This document shows positions 38,199-47,734 of a stretch of DNA of 64,000 nucleotides, one piece after another. The DNA comes from Promethearchaeota archaeon (GTDB taxonomy: Archaea > Asgardarchaeota > Lokiarchaeia > Sigyniarchaeales > SOKP01), in the NCBI GenBank assembly GCA_008080735.1, contig SHMW01000011.1, positions 1 through 64,000 on the forward strand, written 5' to 3'. The number at the start of each line of letters is the position of its first letter. Within the stretch, counting starts at the first letter, position 1. The notes beneath the pieces were generated by a model. The model was not told the origin of the DNA. It worked only from the letters and a program-made list of their open reading frames with translations, and made no database searches. The position numbers and the translations under genes were made by a program.

Positions 38199-39941
38199 GT
38201 GAAAAAAATGACACAAGAACAAACATCTAAATATGCCCAAAGATTTTGGAAAAAGAATTGGGACGAAGGATTGGAAGACTTAGCCTATGAGGAATATAAT
38301 AAAACATTTCTTGAATTCATTTCACCAACTTTTCAAGATTTCCCCAATGTTATGGCGTATGCTTACTTAGGTATCGAACATACATTCAGAGAACTGGATG
38401 AGTTCTCTAATAAATTTGCGAATATGCTCTTAGATCAAGGATTTAAAAAGGGAGATATAGTAGGAATTAATCTTCCCAATACTCCCGAATATCTCATTTC
38501 GGTAATTGGGACTCTTAAGGCAGGGTGTATAGTCTCTGGGATCTCTCCTCTATTATCTGCAGTACAAGTTCAATATCAGCTAAATGATTTAGGGGCAAAA
38601 GACAAAAAAGTTGCTTTAGTTACTCTTGATGCCGCATTCGAAGCAAATATAATGAAGATCGCAAACAAAATTGAACGCACTGAGCTTATTATTACAACGA
38701 GTGTTGCTGGCTTTTTGCCAGGGTGGAAACGATTTTTAGGTAAATTATTGGGGAAAGTGCCAAAAGGGAAAGTCGTCCCTATCCCCGGGAAGACTGTATT
38801 TGATTTTCATAACGATGTATTGGCAAATTACCCCTCAATAAGTGTAAATGTTGATTTGACTCCAGATGATGTGGGATGGATACAATACACAGGTGGAACT
38901 ACTGGTCCGCCCAAGGGTGCGATGCTTACACATAGAAATTGTGTACATAATATAAAATCAGTCACTACATGGTTACATTGGAAACGGAACCAAGGCATCT
39001 TGTTATCTGGGTTTCCAATGTTCCATATCGCGGGGCTTACACTGGCAGAAGCCGGTCCTTCATTGGCAATCCCCCAAATTTTAATTCCAAATCCACGAGA
39101 CACCGCCCATATTGTTGAAGAGATGAAAAAATATGATGTCACCAATTTGGTTAATGTCCCGTCTCTATATCAGATGTTAATGAAAGAAGAAGAATTCCAA
39201 GAAATGGATCACTCTAATTTAGGTATATGTATCTCAGCAGCAGCGCCTTTTCCCAAAGAATCTCAAGTTGAGTTGGAAAAAATCATCGGAAAAGAAAAAC
39301 TATTAGAACTTTACGGAATGACAGAGACCTCCCCTGTTAGTACGATGAATCCAGCGAGAAAAGAGAAAAAGCTTGGAACTGTAGGAATGCCATTTTTAAA
39401 TGTAGAATGCAAAATCGTTAATCCCCAAACCAATGAATTAGTTCCCATTGGAGAAGCGGGTGAAATATGTATCGGTGGCCCATTAGTTATGAAGGGATAT
39501 TATAATAAACCAGAAGAGACCAAAAACGCGATTGATTCAGATGGTTTCATGCATACGGGGGATGTAGGTATTATGGACAAAGATGGATATATTCGAATTG
39601 TTGATAGGACAAAAGATATGATAAACGTGGGAGGATATAAAGTATTTTCGAGTAAAGTTGAGGATGAACTATCAAAACACCCCGCCATTGATATGATGGC
39701 ATTAATCGGCATTCCTCAGCCAGATAGACCGGGTTCGGAAATCGTCAAGGCCTATATACAAATCCATCCTGATTATCAATATCAAAGTGAAGACTCATTG
39801 AAGAAAGAAATCTTGGAATATGCTAATGAAATATTGGCTCCGTATGAAATTCCCAAGGAGATCCAATTCACAAAAGAGATTCCCCTCACGGCCGTAGGAA
39901 AAATTGATAAAAAAGTTCTTCGAAAAGAAGCAAGTGAATAA
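38199..39941 (+). CDS. Long-chain fatty acid-CoA ligase
   Basis: YTGGTTGPPKG, YGMTET, HTGD and VGKIDKK motifs. Confidence 0.92.
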   Translation: MKKMTQEQTSKYAQRFWKKNWDEGLEDLAYEEYNKTFLEFISPTFQDFPNVMAYAYLGIEHTFRELDEFSNKFANMLLDQGFKKGDIVGINLPNTPEYLISVIGTLKAGCIVSGISPLLSAVQVQYQLNDLGAKDKKVALVTLDAAFEANIMKIANKIERTELIITTSVAGFLPGWKRFLGKLLGKVPKGKVVPIPGKTVFDFHNDVLANYPSISVNVDLTPDDVGWIQYTGGTTGPPKGAMLTHRNCVHNIKSVTTWLHWKRNQGILLSGFPMFHIAGLTLAEAGPSLAIPQILIPNPRDTAHIVEEMKKYDVTNLVNVPSLYQMLMKEEEFQEMDHSNLGICISAAAPFPKESQVELEKIIGKEKLLELYGMTETSPVSTMNPARKEKKLGTVGMPFLNVECKIVNPQTNELVPIGEAGEICIGGPLVMKGYYNKPEETKNAIDSDGFMHTGDVGIMDKDGYIRIVDRTKDMINVGGYKVFSSKVEDELSKHPAIDMMALIGIPQPDRPGSEIVKAYIQIHPDYQYQSEDSLKKEILEYANEILAPYEIPKEIQFTKEIPLTAVGKIDKKVLRKEASE

Positions 39942-40080
39942 AACTTTAAATCTATTTTTTTTTTATTTTTGTTAATATCGCATTATCATTCTCACAGTGG
40001 TGAGTGAAGAGATTTTTAAATATCTCTGGAAGAAATACAAAAATGATGGATAAAACTTTGACAAGAAATAGTATTGGAGG

Positions 40081-40290
40081 GTGGCTATGAAAAAATCGTG
40101 GAAATTCATTATCTATACTATTTTATTCGTATCTCTTTATCTTATTTTTGAAATTTTCTTGGATATCACAATTTTTCCTCGCAATGAAGATCTAGTCGTT
40201 ATTTTTGCCTTTATCCTCTTTCTAATTTTACGTCTTTTAATAGTGGCTATATTTATCTATTTATTTTATCGAAATTATATAAAAGGGTAA
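40081..40290 (+). CDS. Small two-TM hypothetical protein
   Basis: Two hydrophobic segments; GGAGG SD upstream of the ATG at 40087. Confidence 0.5.
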   Translation: MAMKKSWKFIIYTILFVSLYLIFEIFLDITIFPRNEDLVVIFAFILFLILRLLIVAIFIYLFYRNYIKG

Positions 40291-40484
40291 TTAATTTTTA
40301 TTTCAATTTATTTTTACGCAATATTCTGCCTTTTTCTCCTTCTCAATTTTTATATTAATACGAAATCGAATATGAATGGTGATAATTTTTTTAAAATTTA
40401 AATAGGTAGTCAGAGAATATTTTATTTAACATATATACAAATAATTCAAATATTTGTAAATCCAAAAATAAAGAGTGAGAAAAT

Positions 40485-41375
40485 ATGGTTCACAGAACAG
40501 ATAATTTGGTAATCTCTGCGGCACTTGCTGGTGCGGTTACCCGAAAAGATCAAAATGAAGCAGTTCCCTATACTCCTGAGGAATTTGGAGATGAAGCAAA
40601 AAGATGCTATGATGCGGGAGCCGCAATTGTGCATATTCATGCCAGAGATGAACAAGGATTACCAACTCCAGACTTAGATATCATTCGAGAAACTTTAGAA
40701 AATATTAAAAAAAAAGCCCCCGACATTATAATTAACCTTAGTACTGCTATAAGTATTAATGCAACCGATAGGGAGAGGATTAAACCTGTACGCACCTTTA
40801 AACCACCTTTAGCCTCTTTAAATACGAACTCCATGAACTTTTCAGTTGCAAACTGGAAAACAGGAGAAGTTGTAATGGCTGCCGATAATGTATTTACAAA
40901 CACCTTCAAGACAATCCAACGATTTGCCAGCTATATGCAAAAAGCGGGAACTAAGCCCGAAATGGAGATATACGATATGGGTGGATTGTATAATATGCTA
41001 CTTCTGGATAAGCAAGAGGGCATGTTTGATCATCCATTACATTTCCAATGTGTGTTTGGTGTTTGCGGAGGTATCCCTTTCACGCCAATGAATTTTGCCC
41101 ACTTCCTTAGTGTCATGCCTGAGGATGCGACATGGAGCGTATGTGGTGTCGCGAATCAACAGTTTCAAGCGGCTCTGTCAGCAATCGGATGGGGTGGTCA
41201 TGTCAGAGTTGGTTTAGAAGATAACATCCGGATGCCGAATGGAGATCTAGCAAAAGGGAGTTGGGAACAAGTTGCCTGGGCGAAGCAAATGGCGGAAAAA
41301 GCAGGTAGAAATGTAGTTCAAGGAGAAGAAGCACGTAAGGAGTTCAATATCAAAAATAAAGAAGTTACCCTCTAA
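40485..41375 (+). CDS. Beta-keto acid cleavage enzyme (BKACE, 3-keto-5-aminohexanoate cleavage family)
   Basis: VPYTPEE, AGAAIVHIHAR, KPE.E.YD.G and GGHVRVGLEDN motifs. Confidence 0.93.
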   Translation: MVHRTDNLVISAALAGAVTRKDQNEAVPYTPEEFGDEAKRCYDAGAAIVHIHARDEQGLPTPDLDIIRETLENIKKKAPDIIINLSTAISINATDRERIKPVRTFKPPLASLNTNSMNFSVANWKTGEVVMAADNVFTNTFKTIQRFASYMQKAGTKPEMEIYDMGGLYNMLLLDKQEGMFDHPLHFQCVFGVCGGIPFTPMNFAHFLSVMPEDATWSVCGVANQQFQAALSAIGWGGHVRVGLEDNIRMPNGDLAKGSWEQVAWAKQMAEKAGRNVVQGEEARKEFNIKNKEVTL

Positions 41376-41496
41376 AAAAAATCTTATTATCATTTATTTT
41401 TTTTAATTTAATCTCATTTTTTAGAAGTATTCGTCTAATTAACTGCTAAGTTATAAAGAATTAGAAATAAAAAAAATAAAATATTATCTTAAAAAT

Positions 41497-41976
41497 TTAG
41501 ATTTCTTCGAAATAGAGAATATCTTTTATTACCCCCTCTCGTCGTTCTTTTGGTTTTAAAACCGCTTTAACTTTCGCTCCAATATGATCTTTATCTGGGT
41601 CTGTGGTCTTTATGATTCCTAACATCGCTCCATCTGTTTTTTCTATATCGATGAGAGCCACCATTTTTGGAGTTTTCATCTTTTTACCATGTGCGTTAAT
41701 CGTTGCAGTTGTGAATAATCGTATAGTCCCTTGTGCGGGAACTTCAGTCCAATTTTCATCTGGAATTTCCACGAAACAATCTTCGCAATAAAGTCGAGGT
41801 GGGAAAAAGATTTTCTCACATTTTGGACATATGGTGGCAAGAAATGAATCATTTCCTTTCAAATGCTTAAAGAATTTATCACCCGCAACACCACTAGGAT
41901 AAAGATAATCTGCTTGCATGTTTCCTCTCCAATGCGTTGGAGCCGTTGGATCGGTCTGTTTTTCTGTGAAAGTCAT
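41497..41976 (-). CDS. DUF35 Zn-ribbon/OB-fold protein
   Basis: CPKC...FFPPRLYCEDC and REG.I.DI.YF motifs. Confidence 0.92.
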   Translation of the reverse strand: MTFTEKQTDPTAPTHWRGNMQADYLYPSGVAGDKFFKHLKGNDSFLATICPKCEKIFFPPRLYCEDCFVEIPDENWTEVPAQGTIRLFTTATINAHGKKMKTPKMVALIDIEKTDGAMLGIIKTTDPDKDHIGAKVKAVLKPKERREGVIKDILYFEEI

Positions 41977-41978
41977 TA

Positions 41979-42518
41979 CTATTCACCTCCTCTTAACGGT
42001 TTGAAATATTTGATATCTGTTATTGAACCTTCTCGCTCCTCTTCTGGCTTCCAAACTGCTTTAACTTTCATGCCGATATGAATCTCATCTTTAGACATCT
42101 CTCCGAAATAATGCATAAAACCCATCGGATCAGGACGAGCACCATCTATTGAAATTACACCGATAAGGATTGGGTCCTCAATACGATTCGCGTTCGGGTC
42201 TAAGTATGAGATTGAATAGGTATTAATCGTTCCCGTATCCTTTAATTCAACCCAACCTTCAGTTGGTCCATAACAATATTCACAGAAGCTTCTGGGTGGG
42301 GTAATAACTCTATCACATTTATGACAATTGACCCCCAAGATTTTTCCTTCTTTAAGCCCTTGTAGGAATTTTGAATACGCAGGTCCTAAACTCCAACTAT
42401 ATTGGATTTCGGGTTCCCACCATGTATAAGTGATATTTTTTTGGTAAATATCCTTTGTACCTACATGTGTTCCAGGAGCATATGGAGGACTACTTTTATT
42501 ATCTTCTTTTTTTTCCAT
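41979..42518 (-). CDS. DUF35 Zn-ribbon/OB-fold protein
   Basis: CHKC....PPRSFCEYC and REGSITDI.YF motifs. Start ATG 42518 follows a GAGGTGA SD; the track start overlaps the thiolase. Confidence 0.9.
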   Translation of the reverse strand: MEKKEDNKSSPPYAPGTHVGTKDIYQKNITYTWWEPEIQYSWSLGPAYSKFLQGLKEGKILGVNCHKCDRVITPPRSFCEYCYGPTEGWVELKDTGTINTYSISYLDPNANRIEDPILIGVISIDGARPDPMGFMHYFGEMSKDEIHIGMKVKAVWKPEEEREGSITDIKYFKPLRGGE

Positions 42519-42523
42519 TTTTT

Positions 42524-43687
42524 TCACCTCTTTAATACCATAACGGTTGCCATTTGCATTATATCTCCCCAAGCTTGACCAACTCCGATTCTTGGGTCTC
42601 CAGGGATTTGTCTTTTTCCTGCTTTCCCAGCTAATTGCCAATATAACTCGCAAACCTTTTGTCCCATGGTTGCTGCGATCGGATTCCCTACACCAAGTAA
42701 ACCACCTGAAGGACAAATAGGTAAATCTCCATCTCTCTGGGTTACCCCTTCTCGCGTGAGGATTGGGGCTTCTCCTTTATCACAGAGCAGAAGTCCTTCC
42801 ATATGATGAAGTTCTTTATAATCAAACGGATCATATGGCTCAGCAAAATCGATTTCGCGACGAGGGTTAACAATTCCCGCCATTTTATATGCCATTTTCG
42901 CAGCGAGGGAAACATAACGAGGAAAATATAGATCACGATTAGTCCACATGGTACTATCTATATTATATCCCACTCCTTCTACCCAGATGGGGTCATCAGT
43001 ATATTGGTTCACGACATCTTCAGAGCAAAATATTAAAGCTGCTGCCCCGTCACTCGGGGGACTGATATCTAATCTTTGAACGGGCCATGCCATCATTTCA
43101 GAATTTAACACGTCATCGACGGTTATATTTGGATCTGCCAATTGCGCGCAAGGATGACCTACAGCATTTCGCTTATTCTTTACGGCTACTCGAGCAATAT
43201 CTTCTTTCTTGATATTATGCACGGTCATATATCGATTCATCTCCATCGCGAAAAGCCATACTAAATTTGGATTAAGTGGTCTGTCAATGACGGGATCCCA
43301 TATATGTCTAAATGCAGTTTGAGGGTGCGGATAACACGAACCCATTTTTTCCTCAGCTATCACCATACATATATCTGCAACACCGGAAGCTACATGCCAC
43401 CATCCAGCAATAGGGGCAAATACTCCAGTCCCTCCACCGTTGAACACTCTTACATAAGGCTTTCCTGCCCCTCCAGCACCATCAAGTAAATTTTCACCTT
43501 TCATGTGGATACCGTCAAAAGCATCTGGAGCACTTCCCATTACTATCATATCGATATTTTTCTTTTCAATGCCTGCTTCTTCCATTGCCATTTTTGCTGC
43601 TAAAAAGGATAATTCTTTTCCCGTCTCTTTTAATCGTCTTCGAAAGAGTGTCATTCCCGCTCCAATTACAGCTACATCTTTTTTCAT
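42524..43687 (-). CDS. SCP2-type thiolase-fold protein (Ltp3-like)
   Basis: GSAPDAFDG, GGGTG, VKNKRNA, EPYDPF and PSGGLLG.GNP motifs. Confidence 0.92.
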   Translation of the reverse strand: MKKDVAVIGAGMTLFRRRLKETGKELSFLAAKMAMEEAGIEKKNIDMIVMGSAPDAFDGIHMKGENLLDGAGGAGKPYVRVFNGGGTGVFAPIAGWWHVASGVADICMVIAEEKMGSCYPHPQTAFRHIWDPVIDRPLNPNLVWLFAMEMNRYMTVHNIKKEDIARVAVKNKRNAVGHPCAQLADPNITVDDVLNSEMMAWPVQRLDISPPSDGAAALIFCSEDVVNQYTDDPIWVEGVGYNIDSTMWTNRDLYFPRYVSLAAKMAYKMAGIVNPRREIDFAEPYDPFDYKELHHMEGLLLCDKGEAPILTREGVTQRDGDLPICPSGGLLGVGNPIAATMGQKVCELYWQLAGKAGKRQIPGDPRIGVGQAWGDIMQMATVMVLKR

Positions 43688-43702
43688 TTATTTTTTCACC
43701 TC

Positions 43703-44944
43703 TTAACCTCTTGTAAATATTGCCACTGCTCCACTTCCTGAGGGAATACCTCGCCAAGACTGAGCAAGTCCAATCTCTACATCATTTATTTGTCTTCTTC
43801 CGGCTAGTCCTTTAAGTTGTAATACAATTTCAAGCGATTTTTGAAGTCCCGTTGCCTCTAAACAGTTACCTATACCTAAGGATCCTCCCGATGGATTTAT
43901 TGGAAGAGAACCTTGAATTTCCAGAGCGCCTTCATCAAGTAATTCTTTCGCCTCTCCTTTTCTAGCTAAGCCCAATGCTTCAAGATGCTGTAATTCTTTA
44001 TAAGTGAATCGATCATCGATCTCCGCCACTTGGATTTCTTTTCGAGGATCTACTATTCCCGCCATTTTATAAGCCATCTGAGAGGCATCTTTTGCATACT
44101 GCGCTTCCATCCCTCTTGTAGCCAGCCAAGGAGTTTCTGAACTCCAACCGAATCCAGAAAGATAAATAGGTTCAACTCCCAATTCTCGGGCGAATTCTTC
44201 GTTCGCTAGCACAAAACAAATAGCACCATCCACATTTGGACTGATATCTAATCGTTTAAGTGGTTTAAAACAGTATTCAGATTTCATTACATCGTCCACA
44301 CTTATCTTTGCCTCATAATCAGCATAGGGAGTAAAATATGCATTCTTTTTATTCTTCACCGCTACTTTAGCACATTGTTCTTCAGTAGTATCAGTATTTC
44401 TTAAATAATGTTGCATTTCTAATCCCGCTAAGAAATACGGATGCATACGTTCCTCCTCATCAGTGCTTCCAACGAGAGGTTTCGGACTCTCTTCGCTATA
44501 AGAGGGCGAACCAGCATAATTTGGACGTTCTACAGGCCCGCTCACGGGACGATCATATAGAGGGTCAAATGCATGGAGCATTACATCTCCATAAGTGAGT
44601 AAATCTGATACTTTACTGTGTGCTTCGATTGAAACGACATTCATTAAACCTGTTTGTATTTGCATATAGGCATTTCCTAATCCATAAATTCCATCGCCAC
44701 AAACAGTGCAGCAAGGTCGCAAAAGAGCCCCGATCTGATCAGGGACAAATTCATCAAAGATACTAAATCCTTCCCAGTAATCCTCGGCACATGTTATAAA
44801 GCTGTCAATATCTCTTCTAGGATCAATTCCCGCATCCACATATGCCTTATTACATGCCTCATACATAATATCTTTCCAACTCATCCCCGGTGTCATACTA
44901 TTAAAGTCAGTATGACCAATTCCAATTACACATACTCGTGTCAT
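43703..44944 (-). CDS. SCP2-type thiolase-fold protein (Ltp4-like) with ~30-aa internal insertion
   Basis: EDYWEG.SI.DE, V.GDG, VKNK.NA and PINPSGG motifs. Confidence 0.9.
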   Translation of the reverse strand: MTRVCVIGIGHTDFNSMTPGMSWKDIMYEACNKAYVDAGIDPRRDIDSFITCAEDYWEGFSIFDEFVPDQIGALLRPCCTVCGDGIYGLGNAYMQIQTGLMNVVSIEAHSKVSDLLTYGDVMLHAFDPLYDRPVSGPVERPNYAGSPSYSEESPKPLVGSTDEEERMHPYFLAGLEMQHYLRNTDTTEEQCAKVAVKNKKNAYFTPYADYEAKISVDDVMKSEYCFKPLKRLDISPNVDGAICFVLANEEFARELGVEPIYLSGFGWSSETPWLATRGMEAQYAKDASQMAYKMAGIVDPRKEIQVAEIDDRFTYKELQHLEALGLARKGEAKELLDEGALEIQGSLPINPSGGSLGIGNCLEATGLQKSLEIVLQLKGLAGRRQINDVEIGLAQSWRGIPSGSGAVAIFTRG

Positions 44945-45273
44945 GTATTTTTCACACTTTTTTTGACAATATTTTTTTATCTTTTAATTTTCAATATATA
45001 GATAAAAGATTGATTGAAGAATCTAATAAAGCTTATTGTGGGATAAATTCCGCTTTTCAATAACTTAAAAATTAAACTGATTTCTTTATGAATTAAAGTT
45101 GGTTCTTATATTGAGACCCAAGGAAAAAAAACATTCTTCTATCTCTGAATTGAAACGCAATTTTACCGATTTTCAGATATTTTATAAAACAATTAGCTAT
45201 AAATAGTTGAATCCTTCTAAGTTAATATGTAGATATATTTCTAAAATACAGACAAAACAATTTGAGATAAAAA

Positions 45274-46620
45274 ATGGATACAAGACTTTCCGAATTTAGA
45301 GAAATTCGGATTACTAAGTATGTCCCGGAACTCGATATCTTGAATAATCCCATATTAAAAGCAAATGAAAAGAGATTTTTAGAGGACTTTTATGAATTTT
45401 TAGAAAATGATTTAGACGAGGATTTAAGAAAACTTGAGGAGCTCAATTATCACGTAGAAGAACCGATAGAGGATAAAAAGCAAGAAATTGTGATTGGAAT
45501 TATGAAAAAACTCTCCGATCATGGTTATTATAGCACAATAGGGACGGAAGATCCTGAGTATGAACTTGGTCCTATCATGAGAAATGCACTTATCGCTTAT
45601 GCTTTATGTGGAGGAAGATGGTCGGATTATTCTGAACGTTACATTGCGGGGAATTGGAGTATTGAAATGGGTAGGCTTGCGGGGGGCACCTTATACTGTA
45701 ACCCAGTAAATTATAAAGCGAATACCTATCAAAAAGAGAACTTTTTATATCCTGTTTCCAAGGAAGGAAATATTGGTGCGTCAGCAATGACAGAATTTAA
45801 TGCGGGAAGTGATATTTTTGATATGGAACTACGCTTAATGGAAGAAGATGATACCGTTGTAATTAAAGGCAAAAAAGTTTTTATTACAAACGGCTTAATT
45901 GCCAATTTCATCATAGTATATGGTCGTTTGAATAGCGGACAATTAGGCGCAGTTATAGTACCGACTGAGGATCTCTCTTTAAATGATTTTCGGGCAGCCA
46001 GAGTCTATACATATGGAATGAGGGATGCCTTCGTAAGTCGCTTAATCTTTGATAGAACGAAAGTTCCAAAAGAAAATCTTCTACGTGGAAACGGGATTGA
46101 TATAATGTTTCATCAATTGACTGAAGAACGCTTAGTGATAAGCGCAGAAGCATTGGGAGACGCGATGAAAAAGATACTATTTTCCCATACATGGGCTTCA
46201 CATAGAGAACAATTTGGGAAACGACTACATCAATACCAAGTTATACGATTTCCAATAGCGGAAAATATTCGGCAATTGAATTTGTTACTCTCAGCATTAT
46301 TTCAGTATGCAAGAACCCTAGATGAGAAACCTGAATTAGTGAGTTCGAAAATAATGGCAGCCAATACAATGGGATTAAAAATACAAACTACCGAATTAGC
46401 GTTCGAGAGTGCGCAGCATTGTTTCAGAACGATGGGAGGACGTGGGTTTATTCGCCAATATTCTAACCAAATCGGACTTTTGGACCCATATTGTATGATA
46501 CATGGTGGTGGTAGCAACTATGTTCTGGAGGACAGCGAGTCCCGACGATTCTTCAAAACCCGACCTACAAAGCCCGAGAGAACTGATGTGTTTCCAAGAA
46601 TAGATTTATTTTTCGAATAA
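45274..46620 (+). CDS. Acyl-CoA dehydrogenase family protein
   Basis: AMTE..AGSD, G.K.FITNG, REQFGK and MGGRGF motifs. Confidence 0.9.
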   Translation: MDTRLSEFREIRITKYVPELDILNNPILKANEKRFLEDFYEFLENDLDEDLRKLEELNYHVEEPIEDKKQEIVIGIMKKLSDHGYYSTIGTEDPEYELGPIMRNALIAYALCGGRWSDYSERYIAGNWSIEMGRLAGGTLYCNPVNYKANTYQKENFLYPVSKEGNIGASAMTEFNAGSDIFDMELRLMEEDDTVVIKGKKVFITNGLIANFIIVYGRLNSGQLGAVIVPTEDLSLNDFRAARVYTYGMRDAFVSRLIFDRTKVPKENLLRGNGIDIMFHQLTEERLVISAEALGDAMKKILFSHTWASHREQFGKRLHQYQVIRFPIAENIRQLNLLLSALFQYARTLDEKPELVSSKIMAANTMGLKIQTTELAFESAQHCFRTMGGRGFIRQYSNQIGLLDPYCMIHGGGSNYVLEDSESRRFFKTRPTKPERTDVFPRIDLFFE

Positions 46621-46719
46621 ATCAACTTTCTTTTTCTTAATTCACCTATAAATCTCCACTTTTACTATAAATTATCACAGAAGTATATTTTAAATAGAAT
46701 TTTTTATAGCTTATATATA

Positions 46720-47697
46720 ATGGAATTTTCATATAACTTCGAAAGTCTTGATATTACAAATATTATCGAGGATTACAAGGGAAAGCAATTAGATGATTTA
46801 TTTGAGACTCAGAAGGTAATTGAAAATGGATTAGGCGAATTTTTAGAGATTTCACGGGAGTGTGGCGAAATTAATCCTATAACATTGAATCTAAAGGCCT
46901 CTCGAAGAAGAATTCTCTGCAATCTCAAAACAGTCTATAATATCGGTGAAATTACTGAAAAGAGGTTTATCAATAAGGGTGTTAAAACACTCTATGATTT
47001 ACGGTATAATATACGTTTTAGAGAAGCTGCAAATGAGATGCTTTCTCTAATACAACGCAAAGATTTTCATAACCTTAACAGAAATAAATATGTCTATGAT
47101 TTAGATACCTCTTTTTGCTTTGATCAAGATGAGTTGCTATTTTTTGATATTGAAACGTTAGGGATATATGATAGTCCAATTATAATCATTGGTTTAGGAT
47201 ATTATAATAAAGAAGCATATCATATCCTCCAATTATTTGCAAGGGGGTTAGAAGAAGAAATTGCTCTATGTGAACATCTGAGAGCGGAAGTCTTGCCACG
47301 ATTTAAATGCTTTGTTTCTTATAATGGAAAAAGTTTTGATATTCCATATTTAGCGAATCGATTTTTATATTATTTTGACGAAAATCCGATGATTTCCGAA
47401 GGAGATACTCCATATAAAGATTTTAATACGAAATTTGGTCATATAGATCTCTATCATAATTGTCGACGAAAATTCAAAGGGAGATTTCCAGATTACACCC
47501 TCTCGACAATCGAAAAAGAACTGCTCAATTGGGAACGAGAGAATGAATTAGCAAGTAATTTAGTTGGAATATGTTATAAAAAATATTTGAAAGATCCGAA
47601 GAAATATATTGGATTAGTTAAAGAATGCATTGATCATAACTATTTTGATATTCTTTCACTTCCATTAATCTATAATAAATTGTTGGAATGCGTCTAA
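46720..47697 (+). CDS. RNase H-like (YprB / RNase_H_2) exonuclease
   Basis: FFDIETLG, SYNGKSFDIP, HIDL and HN..D motifs. Confidence 0.88.
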   Translation: MEFSYNFESLDITNIIEDYKGKQLDDLFETQKVIENGLGEFLEISRECGEINPITLNLKASRRRILCNLKTVYNIGEITEKRFINKGVKTLYDLRYNIRFREAANEMLSLIQRKDFHNLNRNKYVYDLDTSFCFDQDELLFFDIETLGIYDSPIIIIGLGYYNKEAYHILQLFARGLEEEIALCEHLRAEVLPRFKCFVSYNGKSFDIPYLANRFLYYFDENPMISEGDTPYKDFNTKFGHIDLYHNCRRKFKGRFPDYTLSTIEKELLNWERENELASNLVGICYKKYLKDPKKYIGLVKECIDHNYFDILSLPLIYNKLLECV

Positions 47698-47734
47698 TTT
47701 ATAATAGGTTATATACTTCTCTAATTTGATATAA

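Noticed and set aside
42519-42716. 66-aa N-terminal extension of the DUF35 ORF in the track
   Set aside because: It overlaps the upstream thiolase in another frame. An SD-preceded ATG at 42518 gives a normal-size protein.
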